Source: an uncultured beta proteobacterium
GTDB lineage: Bacteria; Pseudomonadota; Gammaproteobacteria; Burkholderiales; SG8-39
Assembly (NCBI GenBank): GCA_903859155.1
Contig: CAIOLO010000019.1
Location: 74,472 to 138,471 of the forward strand
DNA length: 64,000 nt
Reading direction: 5' to 3'
The notes below the pieces were generated by a model. That model was given only the letters and a program-made list of their open reading frames with translations, did not search any database and was not told the origin of the DNA. The number at the start of each line of letters is the position of its first letter. Position 1 is the first letter of the stretch. This document shows positions 46,696 through 54,920 of the stretch, one piece after another. The position numbers were made by a program, and so were the translations under genes.

Positions 46696-47994
46696 CTATT
46701 TCATCGTTTCCGGCAGCCACAGCGCAATCTGCGGAAAAAACATCAGCAGGATGGTGGTGGCCAGGATGGCGAACATCAGCACGCTGGTGCCCTTGTACAC
46801 GCTGGTCAGGGGAACTTTGCCGGCAGCGCTTACGACGAACGCGATCATTCCCACGGGTGGGAACACCAGCCCCATCGATACCATCAGCATGGAGATGACG
46901 CCGAACCAGACCGCGTCGAAACCCAGAGAAGTGATCAAGGGGAACGTCAGTTGAAGGGTGAGCAGCAGCAGCGGGATTTCGTCCATGAACATGCTGATGA
47001 TGAAATACGCCACTACGATCGCGATAATCACCACCCAGCGGTTGAGGTTCATTGCGGCCACCACTTCCACGGCGTGCTGCGGAATGCGGCTGAGCGCCAT
47101 GAAATAGCCGAAGATGGTCGCGCCGATCAGGATAAGAAAGATCATGGCGGAGGTGGCGAGCGTGTCCTTCACCGCTTTCAGCGCGCTATCGAGGTTCAAT
47201 CTGCCGGTGACGAAGCCGATCAAACCGGCGGCAAAAGCGCCGATGGCCCCGGTCTCGGTCGGCGTGGCGACACCCGAATAGAGCAGGCCTATCACCACCA
47301 GGATCAGCAGCAGGCTTGGCCACACGCGCCAGGTTGATGCCCATTTTTCACTGGAGGACACCTTGGGTGTGCGCGGCGCATCCTGCGGTCTGAGTACCGC
47401 CCACCCGTAAATGATCACTGCAAGCAGAATGCCCACGACGATGCCCGGGATGATGCCGGCGATCAGCAGTTTGCCGATCGAGGTCTGAGTCGCGACGGCG
47501 TAGATCACCATCGCGATGCTGGGGGGGATCAGTATGTCGAGGGTTGCCCCGACGCCGATGGCGCCGGCGGCCAGCGCGTCGGAATAGCCGTGGCGCCGCA
47601 TCTCTGGCATGGCGATCTGTGACATGGCCGAAGCTGCCGCGGTACTCGCGCCAGACATGGCGCCGAAGATGCCGCAGGCGAATACCGTGGCGATGGCCAG
47701 GCCGCCGCGTATCGGCGACATCCAGCTTGCCGCCGCCGCATACAGGTCGCGGGCGAGGCCGCCACCGGCAGACAGGTAGGCCATCAGTATGAACGTCGGA
47801 ATCGTCGACAGCGAATAGTCGGCAACGCTGCTGAAAGGGGTCATGCTGACAATGCCCATCACCCGGGTGATGTCACCGCTGACAAGGAAGATGCCCAGCA
47901 TGCCGGAGACGGCAAGCGATACCGCTATGGGCACGCCGAACAGCATCAACGCCAGCAGCAGTATGAAGGGCATAAGGGCCATGGTGTTGCTCAC
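46696..47994 (-). CDS. TRAP transporter large permease (DctM family)
   Basis: 432 aa and highly hydrophobic. Follows the small permease with a 4-nt overlap (GTGA). Confidence 0.85.
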   Translation of the reverse strand: MSNTMALMPFILLLALMLFGVPIAVSLAVSGMLGIFLVSGDITRVMGIVSMTPFSSVADYSLSTIPTFILMAYLSAGGGLARDLYAAAASWMSPIRGGLAIATVFACGIFGAMSGASTAAASAMSQIAMPEMRRHGYSDALAAGAIGVGATLDILIPPSIAMVIYAVATQTSIGKLLIAGIIPGIVVGILLAVIIYGWAVLRPQDAPRTPKVSSSEKWASTWRVWPSLLLILVVIGLLYSGVATPTETGAIGAFAAGLIGFVTGRLNLDSALKAVKDTLATSAMIFLILIGATIFGYFMALSRIPQHAVEVVAAMNLNRWVVIIAIVVAYFIISMFMDEIPLLLLTLQLTFPLITSLGFDAVWFGVISMLMVSMGLVFPPVGMIAFVVSAAGKVPLTSVYKGTSVLMFAILATTILLMFFPQIALWLPETMK

Positions 47995-48497
47995 AAGGCG
48001 GCCTCTTCAGACTGGAACATGGGAGTCTCGCCGCTGTAGGCGTGGCGCAGGTCGATGAGCATCAGCAAACTGAGAAAACCAAGGCCCAGCGGCGCCAGCC
48101 AGTAGCCGGGAGCGAGCAGCCAGGGCAGGGTCGACAGTGTGGTGGCGTCGGCGGTGACCCGCATTGATTGCTGCGCCGTGGCATAGACCAGCAGCGCACA
48201 GAAGGCGAGCGACAACCCCTGCGCGAGCACATAGGTCCACGCCTTCACGGCGTCGGGCAGCATGTCCACGCAAAACGTGACACGAATGAATGCGCCGCCG
48301 CGGTAGGCCGCCGCGAAGCCTGGAAAGATCGCGGCTGCCATCAGGTACTTCTCGGTGATTTCGTAGGCGCCGGCAATGGGACTGTTGAGGAGATAGCGGC
48401 TCGCCGCATCCACCGTGCCCAGGCAGGTCATGGCGACAACCGCCACGACCCCCAGGTATGTCAGTCCGGTTTCAAAACGTTCGAGCCACTTGGTCAC
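47991..48497 (-). CDS. TRAP transporter small permease (DctQ family)
   Basis: 168 aa with four hydrophobic segments. Positioned between the P and M components. Confidence 0.75.
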   Translation of the reverse strand: MTKWLERFETGLTYLGVVAVVAMTCLGTVDAASRYLLNSPIAGAYEITEKYLMAAAIFPGFAAAYRGGAFIRVTFCVDMLPDAVKAWTYVLAQGLSLAFCALLVYATAQQSMRVTADATTLSTLPWLLAPGYWLAPLGLGFLSLLMLIDLRHAYSGETPMFQSEEAAL

Positions 48498-48503
48498 GCG
48501 TTT

Positions 48504-49541
48504 CTACCGCTGTTTGAGCAGTTCGAGCGCCGTATCGAGAATCTGTTGCGCCTCGGGCCGACCTTTGCTCTTCTGGGTATTCACCCATTCGCTCCACAGC
48601 GGGTCGCCCGCCACTTTGCGCCAGCGTGCCAGTTCATCGGGCGGCAGGGTGTAGCTGTCCATGGGGTGCTTGCCCTTCTTGATAAGCTCCAGCACCGCGC
48701 CCTCGGCCTCATCGAACCACTGCTTGCCGAATTCCTTGGAACCTTCCAGCCCGCTCACGCTCATGAGGCTGTCGCGGACTTCCTTGGGCAGGCTGTCCCA
48801 TTTCGGTTTGTTGGCGCACATGGAGAAATACACCGCCGAGAGCGGCACGCGTGTGTAGTATTTCAGCACTTCGTAGAGGCGGAAGCCGTGCAGCGCCTCC
48901 CAGGGTGCGGCCATGCCGTCGATGGTGCCTTTGTCCAGGGCCAGGTAGTTGTCTGGCATCGGAACGGCTGTCGGTACGGCGCCCAGCGCGCGCATCTGCG
49001 CGGTGGGTGGTCCGCCGGTCACGCGGATCTTCATGCCCTTCAGGTCCTCGATCGTTTTGACCTGTTTCTTGGTGGTGACCAGCATGTAGGGATTGCTGGT
49101 CCAGAGCATCAGGATCTGCGCATCCTTGTATTCGCGTTGGATTGAGGGAAACTTCTCGTACAGTTTCCAAAGCACTTCGCTGCCTTTTTCGGCAGTGTTA
49201 TAGGGCAGGAATGGCAGGGTGATCACGTCTGACAGCGGTGTCATCTCCGGCCAGTAACCGTGGAAGCACCAGCCGAAGTCGGCGACGCCGCTCTTGACTG
49301 CGTTCCACATGTCGGGGCCCTTGGCGAGCGTCTGGGTCGGGTAGACGTCGAACTTCACCCGTCCCTTGGTCGCCGCTTCGGCTTTTTTCACCCAGCCCAA
49401 CATGGCATGCTGGTGGCCCCAGGACGTGGGCGGGTTCTGGTCGGCGATGGTGAGTTTGATCGCCTGGGCGACCGATGCCTGAGGCGCGCACAGCGCTGCG
49501 GCGGAGACTGCTAGGATTGCTAGTGCATTGCGCGTGACCAT
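48504..49541 (-). CDS. TRAP transporter substrate-binding protein (DctP family)
   Basis: 345 aa with a signal peptide and a GGAGGA RBS. First gene of the P-Q-M order. Confidence 0.8.
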   Translation of the reverse strand: MVTRNALAILAVSAAALCAPQASVAQAIKLTIADQNPPTSWGHQHAMLGWVKKAEAATKGRVKFDVYPTQTLAKGPDMWNAVKSGVADFGWCFHGYWPEMTPLSDVITLPFLPYNTAEKGSEVLWKLYEKFPSIQREYKDAQILMLWTSNPYMLVTTKKQVKTIEDLKGMKIRVTGGPPTAQMRALGAVPTAVPMPDNYLALDKGTIDGMAAPWEALHGFRLYEVLKYYTRVPLSAVYFSMCANKPKWDSLPKEVRDSLMSVSGLEGSKEFGKQWFDEAEGAVLELIKKGKHPMDSYTLPPDELARWRKVAGDPLWSEWVNTQKSKGRPEAQQILDTALELLKQR

Positions 49542-49876
49542 CTCGTCCTCCTCTGGGCATAAGATTCGGCGATGCTAGAAGAACGCCCCGCCAAGTGATT
49601 TGACCTGAGTCAACAAATATCGGGATAGACTCCGGATGGCCTGAAAGGCGTTGCCCGCTGATATTTTTCGAGTCGCGTCGGGAGTCCGGTGCTGGTGTTC
49701 CGGAACGGCCCAGCGTCGCGGCAAAGCCTCAGGGCTCCGGGCGTGATTCTGCGTCGTGCCGGCGTGACAACAAGCCAGGCTGCGTTCCGAAATGCCGTGA
49801 CCGGCACCCGCTTGATCCAGGTCAAAGCCGCCTGGCGGGGGCAGGCGCACTCTCGGGGGCAGGAGGGTTTACCATC

Positions 49877-51577
49877 ATGCCGGTCCAATACCCGACGCAG
49901 CTCGAGGAAGCTCGTCTGCCGCGCGGCGCGTTGCCCGATATCCGCTTTACGCTCGCCGCCTGCCAGTTTCCGGACACGCTGAATGTCGCCGATCACCTGC
50001 TCGAGCGCAATCTGTCGATTGCGCAGGCCGGGCGCAGCGCATTTTTCTGCGGCGCGCGCGCCATTACCTATGCCCAACTGAACGAATCGGTAAATCGCAT
50101 CGGCAGCGCGCTGCGCGGCCTCGATATCGGCCCCGGCGATCGCGTGGTGCTGCGTCTGCCCAATTCGATCGAGTTTGCGGTGTGTGCCCTGGCGCTGCAC
50201 CGGTTGGGCGCGGTGGTGGTGCCCACCAACGTGCTGCTGCGCGAGCCGATAGTCACCCATATAGTCAACCGCACCGCGGCAAAAGCGATCATCGTTCACC
50301 ATGAATTCCTCGACGCCGTGGAGCGCGGGCGTGCCGCGCAACCGGCACTTCAGTGGTGCATCGTGGCCGGTGGCGGGCCGTTGCCGGCGGGCGGCGCCGC
50401 TACCCTTTCCTACGAGCGTCTGCTCGAATCCGGCAGCCCCTCGCTGTCGAGCGCTGCGGTGCGGCGCGATGCGCTCGCCGCGATTTTTTTTACCTCAGGC
50501 ACCACCGGTTTGCCCAAAGGCTGCATGCATCTTGCCGGCACGCTGCTCGCCGGTGCGCATGCCGGCTTGGCCATGTATGACACCATCCGGCCGGACGACG
50601 TGGTCAGCGGCACGCCGCCGCTCGCCTTCACCTTCGGCTACGGTCATGTGATGCTGCTGCCGTTGCTGGCCGGGGTGCCGGGGGCGTTCATCGAGGGGCG
50701 CGCAACGCCGCAGAACGTGTTCCGCACCATCGAGCAGCACCGCGTGACGCTGTTTCACAGTGTTCCCTCGGCTTATATTCAGATGCTGGGCGCTGCAGAG
50801 GATGCCAACCGCCACGACTTGTCGTCGCTGCGCGCCACGCTCGCCGCCGGCGCGCCTACTCCACCGACAGTGTTTCGCTCCTGGCAGGAGCGCTTTGGCA
50901 CGCCCATCGCCAACGCCATGGGATCGAGCGAGTCGTTCGTGAGCATATTCAGCCGCTCGATGGCAGATCCGCCGCCGGGTGCCATGGGTCTGCCCCTGCC
51001 CGGGTGGGAGGTGCGTGTGCTGGACGAAAGCGGCCGCGACGCGGCGCCCGGCGTCATCGGCCGCCTTGCGGTTCGCGGACCGGCCGGTACGCTCTACTGG
51101 TGCGATCCGGAAAAGCAGGCCGAAGCGGTTATTGATGGCTGGAGCCTGACCGGTGATCTGGTGCGGCAGGATGGTGATGGCTGCTACTGGCACGAATGCC
51201 GCAACGATGACGTGATCAAGAGTCGCGGCTACCGCATTTCTCCCGGGGAGGTCGAGGACGCGTTGCTCGCGCACGCGGCGGTGCTGGAGCCGGCCGTGGT
51301 TGGCGCACCCGATGCGGTGCACGGCCAGAAAGTCAAGGCATTCATCACGCTGCACGGCGGTTACCAGGCTTCGGCTGCGCTGGCCGAGGAATTGCGCAGC
51401 TTTGCGCGCGAACGTCTTGCGCCCTACCAGGTGCCGGCCGAAATCGAATTCATCGACGCAATGCCCAAGACCGAGACCGGCAAGATCCTGCGCCGCGAAT
51501 TGCGCGACCGCACCCGCAGCGAGACCTCGATGCGCGAAGCCGTCCTGCAAACCCCGGTTGCTGCGGAGAATTCATGA
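49877..51577 (+). CDS. Aryl-CoA (benzoate-CoA ligase-like) AMP-dependent ligase
   Basis: 566 aa. 'FFTSGTTGLPKG' and C-terminal 'TETGKILRRELR'. The N-terminal region resembles benzoate/aminobenzoate-CoA ligases. The stop overlaps the next start (ATGA at 51574-51577). Confidence 0.75.
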   Translation: MPVQYPTQLEEARLPRGALPDIRFTLAACQFPDTLNVADHLLERNLSIAQAGRSAFFCGARAITYAQLNESVNRIGSALRGLDIGPGDRVVLRLPNSIEFAVCALALHRLGAVVVPTNVLLREPIVTHIVNRTAAKAIIVHHEFLDAVERGRAAQPALQWCIVAGGGPLPAGGAATLSYERLLESGSPSLSSAAVRRDALAAIFFTSGTTGLPKGCMHLAGTLLAGAHAGLAMYDTIRPDDVVSGTPPLAFTFGYGHVMLLPLLAGVPGAFIEGRATPQNVFRTIEQHRVTLFHSVPSAYIQMLGAAEDANRHDLSSLRATLAAGAPTPPTVFRSWQERFGTPIANAMGSSESFVSIFSRSMADPPPGAMGLPLPGWEVRVLDESGRDAAPGVIGRLAVRGPAGTLYWCDPEKQAEAVIDGWSLTGDLVRQDGDGCYWHECRNDDVIKSRGYRISPGEVEDALLAHAAVLEPAVVGAPDAVHGQKVKAFITLHGGYQASAALAEELRSFARERLAPYQVPAEIEFIDAMPKTETGKILRRELRDRTRSETSMREAVLQTPVAAENS

Positions 51578-52458
51578 GCCTGCCGCAATTCACCCACCTG
51601 CGTCCTGCGGACTTGCGCGAAGCCTCGGCCATGCTGCTCGAGCTGCCCGGTGAATCCCGGGTGCTGGCAGGCGGCACCGACATGCTTGTAAAGATGAAGC
51701 TGCGCCGGCAGGTGCCGCGCTACCTGATCAACTTGAAGAAGATCGCGGGACTGGAAGGGTTGCGCGACGAGCCCGGCGGCGGGCTGAGCATAGGCCCGCT
51801 CACCACCCTCGAGGCCTTGAAAACCTCGGTCGTGGTGCGGAAAAAATATCCGCTGTTGCACGACGCCGTCGCGCGCATGGGAACGCTGGAGATCCGCAAC
51901 TGCGGCACGGTGGGCGGCAACCTGTGCAATGCCTCGCCTGCCGCCGAGACCGTTCCGGCGCTGCTGCTGCTCGGGGCGACTCTCCACCTGGTGAGCCGCG
52001 ACACGCAGCGCAGCGTGGCGCTTGAAGCGTTCATCCAGGGGCCGGGCCGCACGCAGCTGGCGCGCGGCGAATTGCTCGCCACCATCCACGTTCCGGAGCC
52101 TGTACAGGGCAGTTTCGGCGCCTACGAAAAGCACAGCCTGCGGCGCATGGATCTCGCGGTTGTCGGCGCCGCCGTCCTCCTCGGCACGGAGGGTCCGCTA
52201 TGCCGCTGGGCGAAGATCGCGCTGAGTGCCGTCGGTCCGACTGCTCTGCGCGCGCACCATGCCGAGTCGCTGCTTGCGGGCCGCGAGGTGGACGAGGCGT
52301 GCATGCAGTCGGCTGCGCGCGCCGCCGCCGCCGAGGTTCAGCCGCAGGCGGATCTTCACGGCACCGTCGAACAGAAGCGCGAGATGGCCGCGGCGCTCAC
52401 CGCACGAGTCATCGCGCGCGCGCTAGAGCGCGCCGGTTTGCACCCGGGGAGGGCCTGA
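51574..52458 (+). CDS. CoxM/XdhB-like FAD-binding subunit of the xanthine oxidase/CO dehydrogenase family
   Basis: 294 aa. 'LAGGTDMLVKMK', 'CGTVGGNLCNASPAAE' and a CO_deh_flav_C-like tail. Confidence 0.8.
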   Translation: MSLPQFTHLRPADLREASAMLLELPGESRVLAGGTDMLVKMKLRRQVPRYLINLKKIAGLEGLRDEPGGGLSIGPLTTLEALKTSVVVRKKYPLLHDAVARMGTLEIRNCGTVGGNLCNASPAAETVPALLLLGATLHLVSRDTQRSVALEAFIQGPGRTQLARGELLATIHVPEPVQGSFGAYEKHSLRRMDLAVVGAAVLLGTEGPLCRWAKIALSAVGPTALRAHHAESLLAGREVDEACMQSAARAAAAEVQPQADLHGTVEQKREMAAALTARVIARALERAGLHPGRA

Positions 52459-52459
52459 T

Positions 52460-54895
52460 ATGGCCTGGCGCACGCACACGGCCGAACGCCCGGATGCCCC
52501 GGCGAAGCAGCGCGTCCAGATCACGGTCAACGGCCGGCGCCACCGGTTCACACTCGATCCGGGCACCACGCTCATAGAAGTCCTGCGCGACAAGCTGAAG
52601 TTCACCAATACCAAGGAAGGCTGCGGCGTGGGCGAATGCGGCACCTGCGCGGTGGTCATGAACGGCCGCGCGGTTAATTCCTGCCTGGTGCTGGCGCTCG
52701 ATGCGGACGGCGCGGACATCGTCACGCTCGAGGGCATGGCCACTTCGCTCGGACCACAGCCGGCGCAGGAATCGTTTGTCGACCAGGAGGCGCTGCATGC
52801 GCGCGTCGATGGCGGCGCGCCCGCGGAACGTCGCGAAACGCTGACCTTCTGCCACATTTGTGCGGGCCGCTGCGCGGTGCGCGTCACTTCGGCCGACGGT
52901 GTCATCGTCGACATGGCGCCCGAAACCGAGAGCGGCCTGCCCAATGAGCAGTGCGTGGTGCGCAAGGGCCGCATGTCCATCCCAGAAATCCACAGCCACC
53001 GCGACCGGCTGCTGTATCCGCAGAAGCGCATCGGCGAGCGCGGCGAAGGCAAGTGGCAGCGCATCTCCTGGGACGAGGCGCTCGATACCATCGCCGAGCG
53101 CTTTCGTGAGGTCAAGGAACAGCACGGTCCGGAGTATGTCGTCATGGGGCTGGGCGAGCCCAAGGGCATGGAGTTCGCCTTCGGCCAGCGCTTTGCCTCG
53201 GTGTTCGGCACGCCCAATGTCATCACGCCGGCATGGATGTGCGGCATCAGCTTCGGCCTGGCACAGGCCTACACGTTTGGCAAGGGCGCGGTGCCCGAGG
53301 AGGAGCACGATCCGGCGCTCATCGTGTGCTGGGGCATCAACCCTAATCACACCAGCGGCAGCCTGCGGCGCCAGACCTTCAGCCGCGACATGAAGGCGGG
53401 CGCGAAGCTCGTCACCATCGATCCCAAAAAGACCGACATGGCGGCGCTTGCCGATCTGTGGATCAAGCCGCGCCCGGGCGCCGATGGCGCGCTGGCGCTG
53501 GGGGTGCTCAAAGTCATCGTCGAGGAGCGCCTCTACGACAAGGCTTTCGTGGAGCGCTGGACCGTCGGATTCGCGGAACTGGAGGCGGAACTGCGCACCT
53601 TCACGCTGGAGGAGGTCGAGCGCATCACCTGGGTGCCCCGCGAGCAGGTGCGCAAATTTGCGCGCCTGTTTGGCGAATTGCGTCCGGCGTGCGTGCAATG
53701 GGGCAACGCGCTCGACCAGGGTTTGAACGGCTTCCAGTTGCACCGCACCATTTCGATCATCGTCGCCATCACCGGCAATCTCAACGTGCCCGGCGGCCTG
53801 GTATTTGTCGACTCGCGCCACAACCATGTTCGGCCGGGCAAGTTCTACATCCCTTCGCGGGAACTCAGAAATTCCGAGCGCGCCATCGGCGCGCGGGAGT
53901 ATCCGCTGTCGATCCGCTCGGCGGTGCTGCCTTCGCGACTGTTCGTCAAGGCGATGCTCGAGGGCGTTCCCTACCGGCCGAAGGCTGCGCTGTTCATCCT
54001 CACCAATCCGGTGGTCAGCTATCCGGGGTCGCAGAATGCCGTTGCCGCGCTCAAGAAGCTGGAATTCATCGCCGTGGCGGAGATTTTCATGACGCCGACG
54101 GCGGCGCTCGCAGACATCGTGCTGCCGGCGGCCACCGGCATGGAGCATGACGAGATCGGCTACTGGCCGGGCTGGTACGGAGAAGTGCGCGCGCATCCGA
54201 AAATTGTCGAGCCGCCGGGAGAGTGCCGCGGCGACACCGACATGTTGAATGACCTGGCGGGGCGATTGGGCCTGAAGCACTTCTGGAAAAAGGACGAAGA
54301 CGCGCTCGACGAGTGGCTCGGGCCGAGCGGCCTCAGCTTCGAGGACCTGAAGCGCCGCCGCACCCTGCTGCCGAAAATCAGCTATGGCTGGTCGGATTTT
54401 TCCACGCCGTCGGGCAAGGTCGAGATCCTTGCCGAACGGCTCACCGAGCACGGCGTCGCCACGCTGCCGCGCTGGCGCGATTTGTGCCAGTTGCCGGTCA
54501 TTCCCGCGGAGTACCCGCTGTTGATGACCAACGGCAAGGAAGAAGTGTTCATGAACACCGGCTTCAAGAACATCGGCGCACTGCGCGCGATGAAGCCCGA
54601 ACCAGTGGTGCAGATGAACCCGCAGACCGCACGCGCAGCCGGCCTGGCTGACGGCGACATGGTGAACATCGAGAGCAAGAGCGGCTGCATCCGGCAGCGC
54701 CTTCAGTTCGAGGCCAGCCTCGACCCGCGCGTGGTGATCGCCTCGTTCGGCTGGTGGTTCCCCGAGGACCGCGACGATAAATTCGGCTGGGACCGGGCCA
54801 ACATCAACATGCTCACCTGCGACGAAGGTCCGTACGACCCGGTATCCGGATGCATGGTGTTGAAAGGCGTTCCCTGCCGAGTGACACGGGCCTGA
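52460..54895 (+). CDS. Fusion protein: CoxS-type plant-like [2Fe-2S] domain + [4Fe-4S] domain + bis-MGD molybdopterin catalytic domain (acetylene-hydratase-like)
   Basis: 811 aa. C55-x4-C60-x2-C63-x11-C75 ('GCGVGECGTCAV...NSC'). The second CoxS cluster motif (QCGFCTPG) is absent. C131-x2-C134-x3-C138-x26-C165 follows. After that it is colinear with the 6651..8909 enzyme ('LLYPQKRIGERGEGKWQRISWDEAL','GADGALALGVLKVIVEERLYDKAFV','TPTAALADIVLP'). Confidence 0.8.
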   Translation: MAWRTHTAERPDAPAKQRVQITVNGRRHRFTLDPGTTLIEVLRDKLKFTNTKEGCGVGECGTCAVVMNGRAVNSCLVLALDADGADIVTLEGMATSLGPQPAQESFVDQEALHARVDGGAPAERRETLTFCHICAGRCAVRVTSADGVIVDMAPETESGLPNEQCVVRKGRMSIPEIHSHRDRLLYPQKRIGERGEGKWQRISWDEALDTIAERFREVKEQHGPEYVVMGLGEPKGMEFAFGQRFASVFGTPNVITPAWMCGISFGLAQAYTFGKGAVPEEEHDPALIVCWGINPNHTSGSLRRQTFSRDMKAGAKLVTIDPKKTDMAALADLWIKPRPGADGALALGVLKVIVEERLYDKAFVERWTVGFAELEAELRTFTLEEVERITWVPREQVRKFARLFGELRPACVQWGNALDQGLNGFQLHRTISIIVAITGNLNVPGGLVFVDSRHNHVRPGKFYIPSRELRNSERAIGAREYPLSIRSAVLPSRLFVKAMLEGVPYRPKAALFILTNPVVSYPGSQNAVAALKKLEFIAVAEIFMTPTAALADIVLPAATGMEHDEIGYWPGWYGEVRAHPKIVEPPGECRGDTDMLNDLAGRLGLKHFWKKDEDALDEWLGPSGLSFEDLKRRRTLLPKISYGWSDFSTPSGKVEILAERLTEHGVATLPRWRDLCQLPVIPAEYPLLMTNGKEEVFMNTGFKNIGALRAMKPEPVVQMNPQTARAAGLADGDMVNIESKSGCIRQRLQFEASLDPRVVIASFGWWFPEDRDDKFGWDRANINMLTCDEGPYDPVSGCMVLKGVPCRVTRA

Positions 54896-54920
54896 ATCGG
54901 CGCGCATCGCTCCGGAGGCG

